UHGV virus genome: UHGV-0128973
Direction: 5' to 3' (one strand)
Source of the DNA: a virus
Length of the DNA stretch: 64,000 nucleotides
A program made the position numbers and the translations under genes. The notes below the pieces were generated by a model. The model had not been told where the DNA came from, did no database searches, and worked only from the letters and a program-made list of their open reading frames with translations. Shown piece by piece: positions 9,901 to 18,350 of the stretch. Each line of letters opens with the position of its first letter. The first letter of the stretch is position 1.

Positions 9901-10794
9901 AGCTACTTTTGACAGTTTTTTTAATAAACCTGATTCAGCATTTAGACGCTCATCATCCTCTTTGCGCCTGGCCTTTTCAGCACGTTCAGCACGGGCATCT
10001 TCCGCTGCGGCCTTACTCCCTGACTTTCCAATAAAACGACCACGCGCATCGCGTTGGTTTTGGCTTTTTTGCGCACCGCCTTTTTGATCGAACATTTCGC
10101 GAGCGTGTTCGGCTGCTTCGGTCCGTTGTGCCTTTATATCCTCTGGTATAGCCTTCCTGCGTCGTTTTTTACCCTTTGGTGTAGTTGATTTGGCCTGCTG
10201 TTCCTGTTGAGCAATGCCCTCCTGAACTACACGAGAAACGTCCCCTAAATTAAGCCGTTTCATTGCGTCAACAATAGGGTCTACTGATGGCGCATTGGCC
10301 ACAAAGTCTGGCCGGGAATTTTCGATTGTTCGATTTAATGCCGACACACTGCGAGATACTGGGTCAACCGTTGCAACGCGTTCCCCTTTCAAATCACGAG
10401 CGAGTTTGACCGTTTCTAACCGCTGTGCTTTAACATCCTCTGTTATTGCCTCTCTTCGTCTATTTGGGGGATTGTGCGCTGTTGGTGCAGCCTGCTGTTC
10501 ACGGTTAGTGACTTTGTCCTCCCGTATACGAGAAACGTCCCCTAAATTAAGCCGTTTTATTGCGTCAACAATAGGGTCCACTGATGGCGCATTGGTCACA
10601 AAGTCAGGACGTGAATTTTCGATTGTGCGATTTAATGCCGACACACTGCGAGATACTGGGTCAACAGTTGCAACTCGTTCCCCTTTCAAATCTTCAACAG
10701 CTTCCCGAATACCTGCAAGCTCTTCCAGCTCTTTCGCGCTGGCGGTTTCAACTGTCCTTATAACATCGTCAATATTGGCGTTTTTTCTTTCCAT
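6952..10794 (-). CDS. sit: Structural injection transglycosylase / tape-measure-like protein Sit (1280 aa).
   Basis: Carries a soluble lytic transglycosylase motif (LYAIAATESGGNPYAKSQTGALGMFQF). It is a very long, Gly/Ala-rich, repeat-containing protein in the P1 sit position. Confidence 0.85.
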   Translation of the reverse strand: MERKNANIDDVIRTVETASAKELEELAGIREAVEDLKGERVATVDPVSRSVSALNRTIENSRPDFVTNAPSVDPIVDAIKRLNLGDVSRIREDKVTNREQQAAPTAHNPPNRRREAITEDVKAQRLETVKLARDLKGERVATVDPVSRSVSALNRTIENSRPDFVANAPSVDPIVDAMKRLNLGDVSRVVQEGIAQQEQQAKSTTPKGKKRRRKAIPEDIKAQRTEAAEHAREMFDQKGGAQKSQNQRDARGRFIGKSGSKAAAEDARAERAEKARRKEDDERLNAESGLLKKLSKVAEGIGNPSETRAVDALGYAVAGPLWAAGKELGGISKEVGGSLNGARKSIADVIRGNDDNSRRKGFFRRKSQNSADVVQVNTQKRTVQELQEQTSEIKEGNDKILSALDQIAKNTGKKKGGLLSKLFSLLGKGAGGVASLLMGRGMLKKAGALAFGALGAKKLVGMLRGGGKKTIAHEGGDLAARAAGKLGLKAVGKGALRAIPLVGTVAGGIYDAVTGWNDTEAQRRAFGLKSGQDPSFQQKAAYTLANVLDMGGLVSGISSAIGEVLKSLGFEDIGNMLQSFSTESIAQAIDSGITNLETYISNLGDTISTKFEDYTAKIGDAVSAWFSDTSNKLLEKLDAIKDFFTVDNLKQVFSDAIDSAIDFIKNPGKHIKEAAGNIWDGVKNLPGKALDAAVDAVKNTPAAMIVSKIPNPIGEANAKEITPELKAPVNSEADAKEITPELKAPVNSEANAKEIAPELKAPVKSEANAKEITPELKAPVNSHQETSDSKTESDAKQTNIVTRVINAALDTAKDSNKTVKETANQIINANAVETGNSALQKIDKAIGQNSSSSSSLNSTGTRNDIQKAADTYNNGRLDVKVGSLGSEGKANLDKLAPYFAELENKYGLPEGTLYAIAATESGGNPYAKSQTGALGMFQFTGIAREETGLAEGESFDPVKSAEAAALLMSKYLKQANGDLNEAITAYNAGFGTINKWKKGTGDLSKENREYAIKVNTHRARYLGGEIYTPGAGAQGGAQYGVRGPLPDNAVIDQSTGLAFTPGDSPFEKGGLVDKIGNAVGVNDLVNKFMNGRGMRREVVQGTLEERARGKGTATAAGNVYVDTPMPVEEARPVASNSSYFDQLGAQMGIDGLFDKLRNSPGMRKNNATEPASTSKVTTAANDLQQPTGRMQIDGQVISDLGGSGAKPTMQLADNTVSLDGETKRLFAQMTSLLARIEEHTKDSAKGQGTVVKVSTPQPGVMRTVPLSIDDPLMNDYARVD
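8453..8656. repeat. Four tandem copies of a 51-bp (17-aa) repeat inside sit.
   Basis: Units at 8453-8503, 8504-8554, 8555-8605 and 8606-8656 encode (E)AxAKEITPELKAPVNS. Confidence 0.9.
10099..10692. repeat. Tandem duplication of ~297 bp (99 aa) in the sit N-terminal region.
   Basis: Residues 35-133 and 134-232 both read DLKGERVATVDPVSRSVSALNRTIENSRPDFV.NAPSVDPIVDA.KRLNLGDVSR. The DNA copies are visibly similar (about 10297-10395 versus 10594-10692). Confidence 0.85.
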
Positions 10795-10875
10795 GATCTT
10801 ATCGCCTACCGTTTCGGTTTAAGTTTTTCTTCCAGTTTCTCCAACAGGAAAAACGCATAGGATTCAGTAAGCCTT

Positions 10876-11757
10876 TCAGCGTCCTGAATCGGTATACCCC
10901 CATACAAAACCAGGTTGGACACTAAGGTCTGATAGCTTTTCAATCCCCACCTGTGGAATGAAGTCGGTAGCCCGAAAGGGCACCCACAGACGGGTATATG
11001 CACCCTCTGTGGACTCCTTTTTATCCTGATTTGGGCATTTATGCGGCGGGAGACGAAGACGCATTTCACCTTTATCGATGTAGCACGGTAAACCATGTTC
11101 GAGCTTTTCATGAGCCAGTCGGATGTGTGCCGCCAGCTTCATAAATTCAGTATCAATGGCCATCCGTTTAATCGTTTCATAACGACGCTCAGCCTGATCT
11201 TCACGAGTACCACTAACATCGTTATAAAGCTCACACTGATAAGCGAATTCCCAAAAACGCAAATCAACGATCGCTTCTTTGAATTCCGCGTCGTCTTCAG
11301 GTGGCAATGCTGCACGGCGCATCTCCAGCATTTCCATTGCCCAACCATCAAGCGGCACGATACGCCATTGATAAGGTACTCCCTCTACAGGCACCTCAAT
11401 ATCGTCAATGAACGGTTCCACTTCCAGGACCTGGATATCTTCAGCCAGAGCATTCATATCGCAATCGTAATAATGCTCTTTACCGCAATGTTTACAGGTG
11501 TAGGTGAATGTCTCGACCGGTGTTTCACGGGAGCCGGTAAATATCCACCATAACGCGGTAATCCGGTCCTGCGCCGTCCATGTCAGGGGATCATGTTTCG
11601 CGGGTTCAGCCAGCAAGGCTTTTAAATACGCCGTTGTCTGTTGTTCTTGTTCCTCCGGTGTTATCGAGTTGAAACGCATCGCATCAGCAATATTTGGCTG
11701 ACGGAACTGGATCAATTCAGTTGGCCGCGATGGTAGCGGGAAAAGGGGTAAAAGCAT
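10876..11757 (-). CDS. pmgB: Putative morphogenetic protein upstream of sit (293 aa).
   Basis: Complete ORF in the P1 order tub-pmgB-sit. Its 3' part is overlapped by a second open frame (10806-11111); see findings. Confidence 0.6.
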   Translation of the reverse strand: MLLPLFPLPSRPTELIQFRQPNIADAMRFNSITPEEQEQQTTAYLKALLAEPAKHDPLTWTAQDRITALWWIFTGSRETPVETFTYTCKHCGKEHYYDCDMNALAEDIQVLEVEPFIDDIEVPVEGVPYQWRIVPLDGWAMEMLEMRRAALPPEDDAEFKEAIVDLRFWEFAYQCELYNDVSGTREDQAERRYETIKRMAIDTEFMKLAAHIRLAHEKLEHGLPCYIDKGEMRLRLPPHKCPNQDKKESTEGAYTRLWVPFRATDFIPQVGIEKLSDLSVQPGFVWGYTDSGR

Positions 11758-11771
11758 CCTTGCTCCTTAAT

Positions 11772-12383
11772 TCAAAGAGAAAAACTAAAGCCCAGAAGGG
11801 AAGCCAAAGAACTTGAGGATTGGTTAAACGTGCTGTGCAATGCGAAGGTCATTGGGAATGACTTAAATTCAGTAACCTGATCTCGCGCATAGGTGACATC
11901 GCCGGTAGTGACCGGGAATACCGTCATCTCATTTTCCAGTTTGGTTATGCCGGAAGACAGCAACCGATAAATACGCACATTGAGCAAATATTTAGACGGT
12001 ATATTCCCGGTACCGTCCGGATTGATCACCCGACTTTTTGCCGTCTTAAACCAGTCCAAAACGAGGCCATCAACGGTATCCCTGACCATCATTGTTATCT
12101 GCCCAGGCGAACGCTCCGTTGGCTGAAGGATATTCCCTCCGCCGATTTTAATCGTTTCATATTCGATGCTGTAATCGTGGTAGGTAATGTCTTTAGCAAA
12201 GAAGTCTGCCCCCTCCAGACCATCAACTTCGACAGAGAACTGCCATCCTTGCGCGAACAGCATTTTGTTCATGATGATTGACGTCAGCTTGCCAACTTCC
12301 CGCTCACCAACGCCGGAGCCAAATAATGTCGTCGTTAATGCCGAAGATACATAAGACTTTACTGAAGCAACATTAAGCCCCAT
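11772..12383 (-). CDS. tub: Putative tail tube protein (203 aa).
   Basis: Complete ORF in the position of P1 tub, between pmgC and pmgB. Confidence 0.55.
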   Translation of the reverse strand: MGLNVASVKSYVSSALTTTLFGSGVGEREVGKLTSIIMNKMLFAQGWQFSVEVDGLEGADFFAKDITYHDYSIEYETIKIGGGNILQPTERSPGQITMMVRDTVDGLVLDWFKTAKSRVINPDGTGNIPSKYLLNVRIYRLLSSGITKLENEMTVFPVTTGDVTYARDQVTEFKSFPMTFALHSTFNQSSSSLASLLGFSFSL

Positions 12384-12393
12384 ATCAGCCTCC

Positions 12394-12984
<591 letters not shown>

Positions 12985-13018
12985 TTACCCGATTCTACGA
13001 GTAGTCATTTGTGACAGG

Positions 13019-13495
13019 TCATTTTGCGCGCTTCAGACAGCCATCTTCAGGTGCCGCGTTGAAAAGCTCTGCGGCCTTACGTAGCGTAAATGTTGCTATT
13101 TTTTTTCCGTCTACGTATGCATCGAATGTTTTAACTTCCATATCAGGGGTATCTGACCAAAAACCATACCAGTAACTATCACCCACAGAGGAACCGATAG
13201 AACTGATAGGATATTCATCATCACCAACTTTCAGCGTTATTTGTTCTTTTTTAGCATCAAATGACTCACCGCCAGGTTCTGTTTTCATGAGAGTGAGTAG
13301 TCGTGTTCCTACTTGATTGGGATCCGTATTATTAAATCCAACATCGCACTCAAATGTAAGCGTATAATTATCTTTGCTGGAAACAGCATAAGAACGAACA
13401 CCATGAGTCTCGCCGGTTGACCATTTGCTTACATTTGCCATTGATGAAAATGGAGTAAGCAAAGCAAGAATTAGAAAAAATCGTTTGATGCGCAT
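13019..13495 (-). CDS. Secreted (periplasmic) protein of unknown function in the sim-like locus (158 aa).
   Basis: N-terminal signal peptide MRIKRFFLILALLTPFSSMA, and two Cys residues (C50, C153). It occupies the superimmunity (sim) position between pmgC and c4. Confidence 0.6.
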   Translation of the reverse strand: MRIKRFFLILALLTPFSSMANVSKWSTGETHGVRSYAVSSKDNYTLTFECDVGFNNTDPNQVGTRLLTLMKTEPGGESFDAKKEQITLKVGDDEYPISSIGSSVGDSYWYGFWSDTPDMEVKTFDAYVDGKKIATFTLRKAAELFNAAPEDGCLKRAK

Positions 13496-13556
13496 TAATT
13501 TATCTCCTTTGGATATTAACGATTATCAATATTTTAATTGGTTATCCATAATATAT

Positions 13557-14204
13557 TTACCATTCATAGGGTAAATTAAGCGCTTTTAAACCTTGCTGAA
13601 AGGTATTAAGTGAGCCGTTCTTTTGTTGTTCCATTTGCTCGCGTGCCGCTTTCTCATACTGCTCCATCCGTTGGTTATACTCTTGCAATTCCTCTGGTGA
13701 GAGGTTTCCCATTGGGGAGTTTGTACCCGGCCCCCTGGCCCGCTCTTCAAGCGTACCCTGCACGTTTTGATGGCGCATTCCTGGGGCATTTCTGATTGAG
13801 TCAATGCCATTTCTTCCAACGTCTTCTTTATTAACGGCATTGCTCGCCACCAGCACACCCCAGCTAGGAATAGCAAAATCAGGAGCGGTTTCGCATGCCT
13901 TTACCATATAATCGAAAGAGCTTCGATTGATCTCGTTTGCGTCGGGATTTAACAGGCGAGAATATTGATATTTAGCATTTTCGTTGGTTGCGACTTTATA
14001 CAGTTCTTGCTGCACCATCGCTTCAGAAAGTTTAAGGCGTTTCATATCTGACAGTAACTTCTTGCGCATGGATTCGTCTTGACTGACAGCAAAGCCGTAA
14101 ACGTGCCCAAGGTATTTCGTATAATCGGTACAAATCTCCTTTACGCTTGATGCTGCATTAACAGTCTCAGCCATAAATAATAACGGTAGTAATAGTTTTC
14201 TCAT
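13557..14204 (-). CDS. Secreted protein with a Sit-like peptide motif in the sim-like locus (215 aa from the RBS-supported ATG; the ORF extends to 14231).
   Basis: AGGTGAGG RBS precedes ATG 14204. Signal peptide MRKLLLPLLFMAETVNA. Residues APGMRHQNVQGTLEERARGPGT match Sit GRGMRREVVQGTLEERARGKGT. Confidence 0.6.
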   Translation of the reverse strand: MRKLLLPLLFMAETVNAASSVKEICTDYTKYLGHVYGFAVSQDESMRKKLLSDMKRLKLSEAMVQQELYKVATNENAKYQYSRLLNPDANEINRSSFDYMVKACETAPDFAIPSWGVLVASNAVNKEDVGRNGIDSIRNAPGMRHQNVQGTLEERARGPGTNSPMGNLSPEELQEYNQRMEQYEKAAREQMEQQKNGSLNTFQQGLKALNLPYEW

Positions 14205-14300
14205 TATAACCTCACCTGCCTTATAACTCATTTAGGGTACATATTTTCGCCTTTAAAAAAAAGAGGTTATTAGATCCAATTGTGTATTTATTAAGCATGT

Positions 14301-14317
14301 AATGCTCTAATAAATTT
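14301..14317 (+). promoter_or_regulatory. C1 repressor operator (probably Op51) controlling immI and sim transcription.
   Basis: AATGCTCTAATAAATTT differs at 1 position from the 17-bp C1 operator consensus ATTGCTCTAATAAATTT. Confidence 0.75.
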
Positions 14318-14355
14318 GTATTTTTAAGTCGCGAATGCTATCTTTTCGCATCATA

Positions 14356-14384
14356 TTGACCTTTTAATCGTTCAGGCTTATAGT
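14356..14384 (+). promoter_or_regulatory. Sigma-70 promoter for the c4-icd-ant operon.
   Basis: TTGACC, a 17-nt spacer, then TATAGT, located upstream of c4. Confidence 0.6.
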
Positions 14385-14504
14385 TCCGCCGTCGTAGCAA
14401 ATTCTGCGACCGGGTTTAGCAGCCTGAATGTTAGTGCGGACAACCGCAGATATCCGATATTGCGGTATTTTTGTGTCCGTAAAACCGCGTTACGCCCAAA
14501 TTAT

Positions 14505-14581
14505 GGTGGGGCGTGATGGGGAGGCTTCGGCCTGCTGGTTTCACTAACGCCAGTCTGCTAACCCCGTCACGTCCTGCCACC
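14505..14581 (+). ncRNA. c4: c4 antisense repressor RNA (77 nt).
   Basis: The 5' GGTGGGGCGTGATGGGG pairs with the 3' CCCCGTCACGTCCTGCCACC. Loop sequences CACTAAC and CTGCTAA are complementary to GTTAGTG and TTAGCAG, which occur upstream (14413-14440) and over the icd RBS (14583-14625). The length matches the P1 c4 RNA. Confidence 0.75.
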
Positions 14582-14631
14582 TGTTTAGCAGCGGGTAGCA
14601 GGTTGTTAAACCTGTTAGTGAGGCCGTAACT

Positions 14632-14853
14632 ATGGTTAATGCCAATCCTTGCGCACGCCAAGAATTCATCTGGCGTTTCTATTCCTGTAAAAAACACCAC
14701 TATCACTTCGTTATCGCAGCAACAGAAGACGAAGCACGCTCTCAATTGCCTGATGGCCCCTGCATTTTTACTGCCCGTTTTTCAACTAACTCGCGCAATT
14801 CACTTAGTTACTGGAGCCTCCCCTTCTCTGCCGACGTTCAGGGGGGTTTATGA
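14632..14853 (+). CDS. icd: Icd, reversible inhibitor of cell division (73 aa).
   Basis: A 73-codon ORF whose stop overlaps the ant1 start (ATGA). Its RBS lies within the c4 target sequence, as in the P1 immI architecture. Confidence 0.8.
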   Translation: MVNANPCARQEFIWRFYSCKKHHYHFVIAATEDEARSQLPDGPCIFTARFSTNSRNSLSYWSLPFSADVQGGL

Positions 14854-15884
14854 AAACACCTCTCGTCACCCGTAATGAAATAGCCGAAGCGATCGCCTTG
14901 CATACAATCTGTATGCCGACACGGGAGATCCCCGGCGCAATTGCCAACTATTTCATGATAACCAGGCGTTTTTATACCCGAACAGATAAGGCTGTGATCA
15001 ACAGGCTACTGATAGCCGAGATCAGGGATTATTTGATTGAACAAGGACGTCTACGTTACGCAACAGTGGCAGCAGAAATGAGAAAGGAGGCACATAGAAT
15101 GACCGGTAATAATTTAAATGTTGAAAAACCAGCACCTGTTGCTTCAGCTACGCCAGCACCAGCCCTGAATGTCATCCCCAACACCGGAGACACAATCGAC
15201 AGCCAAACATTGTTGAAGATGGTCAATGAGGCACGGAAATTATGTAGCGAAAAACCAGTTCGCAACAATGATTTCATTGCCAGAGTTAAGGATGAGCTTG
15301 AAGGAGAAACCTACGAAATTTTCGTAGGTCAAAAAAACGGCGCAGAAATAGATATTATAACCATGACCTACAAACAAGCCCTGCGAGTTGCCGCGCGCGA
15401 GTCAAAAGCGGTCCGCCGTTCGCTGATCGACAAACTGGAAGAATTACAGCAGGCAAACTCCCCTACCCCATCGATCCCCCAAACATTACCAGAAGCCCTA
15501 CGCCTGGCTGCCGAGTTGGCAGAACAGAAAATGCATCTGGAACAACAGCTGGTGGCCGCAGCACCTAAAGTCGATTTTGCCGACCGGGTATCAGTGGCTA
15601 ATGGAATCCTGATCGGTAACTTTGCAAAGGTCGTTGGACTTAAGCAAAACGCCCTTTTCTCATGGTTGCGCCAGAACGGCATTCTCATGGCTTTTGGTGC
15701 GCGCAAAAACGTACCGCGCCAGCAGTACATTAACGCCGGGTATTTCACGGTGAAAGAAGTGGTGCTGGATGATGAAAATGGCTATCAGATACGGCTGACG
15801 CCACAATTAACGGGTAAAGGCCAGCAGTGGTTAACTCGCAAGCTACTTGATGCTGGTTTGTTAAAACCAGTAGCAATAGGTTAA
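14850..15884 (+). CDS. ant1: Antirepressor Ant1 (344 aa). The in-frame Ant2 starts at 15099.
   Basis: The C-terminal antirepressor domain is paralogous to the KilA C-terminus (LPEALRLAA.LAEQK...GKGQQWL). An internal AAGGAGG RBS precedes ATG 15099. Confidence 0.85.
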   Translation: MKTPLVTRNEIAEAIALHTICMPTREIPGAIANYFMITRRFYTRTDKAVINRLLIAEIRDYLIEQGRLRYATVAAEMRKEAHRMTGNNLNVEKPAPVASATPAPALNVIPNTGDTIDSQTLLKMVNEARKLCSEKPVRNNDFIARVKDELEGETYEIFVGQKNGAEIDIITMTYKQALRVAARESKAVRRSLIDKLEELQQANSPTPSIPQTLPEALRLAAELAEQKMHLEQQLVAAAPKVDFADRVSVANGILIGNFAKVVGLKQNALFSWLRQNGILMAFGARKNVPRQQYINAGYFTVKEVVLDDENGYQIRLTPQLTGKGQQWLTRKLLDAGLLKPVAIG

Positions 15885-15896
15885 CAAAAGAAAAAA

Positions 15897-15922
15897 ACCT
15901 GCCAGCAAACTGGCAGGTTTCT
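15897..15922 (+). terminator. Rho-independent terminator after ant.
   Basis: ACCTGCCAG-CAAA-CTGGCAGGT followed by TTCT. Confidence 0.6.
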
Positions 15923-15962
15923 GAGCAGATCGTCCAACCCGATCTGGATCGAGTCAGAAAAA

Positions 15963-15979
15963 TTTGCTCTAATAAATTT
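15963..15979 (+). promoter_or_regulatory. C1 operator (probably Op53) upstream of kilA-repL.
   Basis: TTTGCTCTAATAAATTT has one mismatch to the C1 operator consensus. Confidence 0.75.
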
Positions 15980-16048
15980 CGTTTTCTAAGTGCAAAGAAT
16001 CACCATTTCGAGCTGGTGATTGAAGGTTGATGCAAATTTGGAGAAAAA

Positions 16049-16849
16049 ATGCAACAAACATTCAATGCGGATATGAATATATCAAACCTTCATCAAAATG
16101 TCGATCCTTCAACCACTCTGCCCGTTATTTGTGGTGTTGAAATTACGACCGACCGCGCTGGCCGTTACAACCTTAATGCTCTACACAGAGCGAGCGGACT
16201 CGGTGCCCATAAAGCGCCAGCTCAATGGCTAAGAACGCTGTCAGCCAAACAGCTCATCGAAGAGCTTGAAAAAGAAACTATGCAGAATTGCATAGTTTCG
16301 TTCGAAGGCCGTGGCGGCGGCACTTTTGCCCATGAATTGCTCGCAGTGGAGTACGCAGGCTGGATTTCTCCCGCGTTTCGGCTGAAGGTAAACCAGACAT
16401 TTATCGACTATCGAGCCGGAAGATTACAACCTGCTATTCCGAAGAGCCTCCCAGAAGCTCTCCGTTTGGCTGCTGACCTGGCAGAGCAAAAGCAACGGCT
16501 GGAGCAAAAAATGCTGATGGATGCACCTAAAGTCGAATTCGCCGAACGCGTTGCTACCGCCAGCGGGGTTCTAATCGGCAACTATGCCAAAGTGCTCGGC
16601 CTGGGCCAAAACTATCTCTTCACCTGGTTGCGTGATAACGGAATTCTGATCGCAACCGGTGAACGCAGGAACGTCCCCAAACAAGAATACATATCCCGTG
16701 GGTATTTCACCCTTAAAGAAACCGTGATCGATACAAGCAATGGAAGCAGGATTTCTTTCACGACTCGTATAACCGGCAAAGGTCAGCAGTGGCTGATGAA
16801 GCGATTGCTTGATGCTGGTGTGCTGGTACCTGTCGCGGCAACGCGCTAA
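16049..16849 (+). CDS. kilA: KilA (266 aa): KilA-N domain plus an antirepressor-type C-terminal domain.
   Basis: N-terminal RYNLNALHRASGLGAHKAPAQWL is KilA-N-like. The C-terminus is paralogous to Ant1. P1 synteny. Confidence 0.85.
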   Translation: MQQTFNADMNISNLHQNVDPSTTLPVICGVEITTDRAGRYNLNALHRASGLGAHKAPAQWLRTLSAKQLIEELEKETMQNCIVSFEGRGGGTFAHELLAVEYAGWISPAFRLKVNQTFIDYRAGRLQPAIPKSLPEALRLAADLAEQKQRLEQKMLMDAPKVEFAERVATASGVLIGNYAKVLGLGQNYLFTWLRDNGILIATGERRNVPKQEYISRGYFTLKETVIDTSNGSRISFTTRITGKGQQWLMKRLLDAGVLVPVAATR

Positions 16850-16878
16850 CAGACGTAGTAAGAACCACCAGCATTGTA

Positions 16879-17724
16879 ATGCTGGCTAAAGTCACTTTCC
16901 TGAGCTGTATAACGATGAGCGATTTTACTTTTTCTGGCTATGAATTGGCCTTCTTTGTAACACACTCCGGTCTATCCCGTAGCGCCGGGCATATCCTGTC
17001 GCAATGTGCAAATCTCGCGGCAACAACCAGTGAATACTTCATTCACAAGCCCCACCGCCTGATCGCGGCAGAAACTGGTTATAGCCAATCAACCGTCGTT
17101 CGTGCATTCCGTGAAGCTGTAAACAAAGGAATTCTATCTGTAGAGATTGTTATCGGCGACCACCGTGAACGTCGCGCTAACCTGTACCGGTTTACACCAT
17201 CCTTTTTGGCCTTCGCACAACAAGCCAAAAATGCGCTGATTGAAAGCAAATTAAAAATCTCTTCAGCGGCAACCAAGGTTAAAGCTGTTCTCGCTAAGAC
17301 ATTGGCTTTATTTAATTTTTTATCCACACCCCCATGTCAAAATGATACCCCCTCCCCATGTCAGGATGACGTGGCAATAAAGAATAAGAAGTCACAAGTT
17401 AAAAAAACAAAAAGATCAGTTTCCGGCGGTGCCGGAACGATCAGACTCAAAAAATTGACTTCATGGATCGCTGAGACAAAAGCAAAGGCTGACAATCTGC
17501 GGTTATCCAAAAAACGCGCACAAAAACATGAGTTCAAGCAGAAAGTAGAGGCGGCAGCGCGGAAATATGCTTACCTGAAGAACAAGCGTTCTCCTGATAT
17601 TGGCGGGGTATCAAACTTCGATAATCTGCCGCATTGCATGACGGTAAACGAAGCTCTTAATGCGGTTTTAGCCAAAAATAAAGATAACGAACAATGGGGT
17701 ATACCGGCAGGATTCAGAGGGTGA
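16879..17724 (+). CDS. repL: Lytic replication initiator RepL (281 aa). oriL is expected inside the gene.
   Basis: A 281-aa ORF directly after kilA under the same C1 operator, as in P1. Confidence 0.8.
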   Translation: MLAKVTFLSCITMSDFTFSGYELAFFVTHSGLSRSAGHILSQCANLAATTSEYFIHKPHRLIAAETGYSQSTVVRAFREAVNKGILSVEIVIGDHRERRANLYRFTPSFLAFAQQAKNALIESKLKISSAATKVKAVLAKTLALFNFLSTPPCQNDTPSPCQDDVAIKNKKSQVKKTKRSVSGGAGTIRLKKLTSWIAETKAKADNLRLSKKRAQKHEFKQKVEAAARKYAYLKNKRSPDIGGVSNFDNLPHCMTVNEALNAVLAKNKDNEQWGIPAGFRG

Positions 17725-17774
17725 TAGATTGCTCTAATCTGGAGTTACCTGGCGTTTTCAGTTTGAGGTCGGAG

Positions 17775-18020
17775 ATGCAATCTGATTTTTTACAGTTAGC
17801 GATCGCTTTTGCAGGATATGTTTGTATTGGCTTCTGTGTATACATGATCAGCCGAAAAATGCTTGTCGATATCGACCGCAAAGAACAAGCAGAGGAGATC
17901 TTAGTATGGATTTTCTTTGGCGCGGTCTGGCCATTAGGGATCATGTTTGCTGCAACATTTCTTCTGATGTGGATATTCACCCTTCCAGGTGATTTCTATA
18001 GAAAAAAAGCCAGACATTGA
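17775..18020 (+). CDS. Small two-TM membrane protein (81 aa from the RBS-supported ATG).
   Basis: GAGGTCGGAG precedes ATG 17775. Hydrophobic segments LAIAFAGYVCIGFCVYMI and IFFGAVWPLGIMFAATFLLMWIF. Confidence 0.45.
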   Translation: MQSDFLQLAIAFAGYVCIGFCVYMISRKMLVDIDRKEQAEEILVWIFFGAVWPLGIMFAATFLLMWIFTLPGDFYRKKARH

Positions 18021-18084
18021 TACAATCGTTGCGGGTGCTTGAGGCTATCTGCTTCAGGTATTACCCGAAAAGCAGATAGAAGAA

Positions 18085-18152
18085 AGCCCCAGATAACATT
18101 ACGCGTCCTGCAAGACGCTTAACATTAATCTGAGGCCATATCTATGCTTAGC
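18085..18152 (-). ncRNA. sok: Sok-like antisense RNA (approximate bounds).
   Basis: A minus-strand promoter (TTGACC, 18 nt, TAATCT; the -10 is the complement of 18159-18164) is positioned like the R1 sok promoter, opposite the mok translation start region. Confidence 0.4.
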
Positions 18153-18350
18153 ATACGTAGATTAGCCTCTTACCGACCAAAAGGTCAAGGAGAAGCAGGC
18201 TATGAAGCAGCAAAAAGCGATGTTAATCGCTCTGATCGTCATCTGTTTAACCGTCATTGTGACGGCACTGGTAACGAGGAAAGACCTCTGCGAGGTACGA
18301 ATCCGAACCAGCCAGACGGAGGTCACTGTCTTCACAGCCTACGAATCTGA
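18144..18350 (+). CDS. mok: Mok-like overlapping reading frame (68 aa).
   Basis: This ORF overlaps hok in the arrangement typical of hok/mok/sok loci. The leader GCCTCTTACCG...AAGGAGAAG resembles R1 hok mRNA. Confidence 0.5.
   Translation: MLSIRRLASYRPKGQGEAGYEAAKSDVNRSDRHLFNRHCDGTGNEERPLRGTNPNQPDGGHCLHSLRI

Noticed and set aside
14431-14745. A minus-strand 104-aa ORF across the c4/icd region.
   Set aside because: It is antisense to the well-supported c4 RNA and the icd start, and has no RBS. It is an artefact of the structured region.
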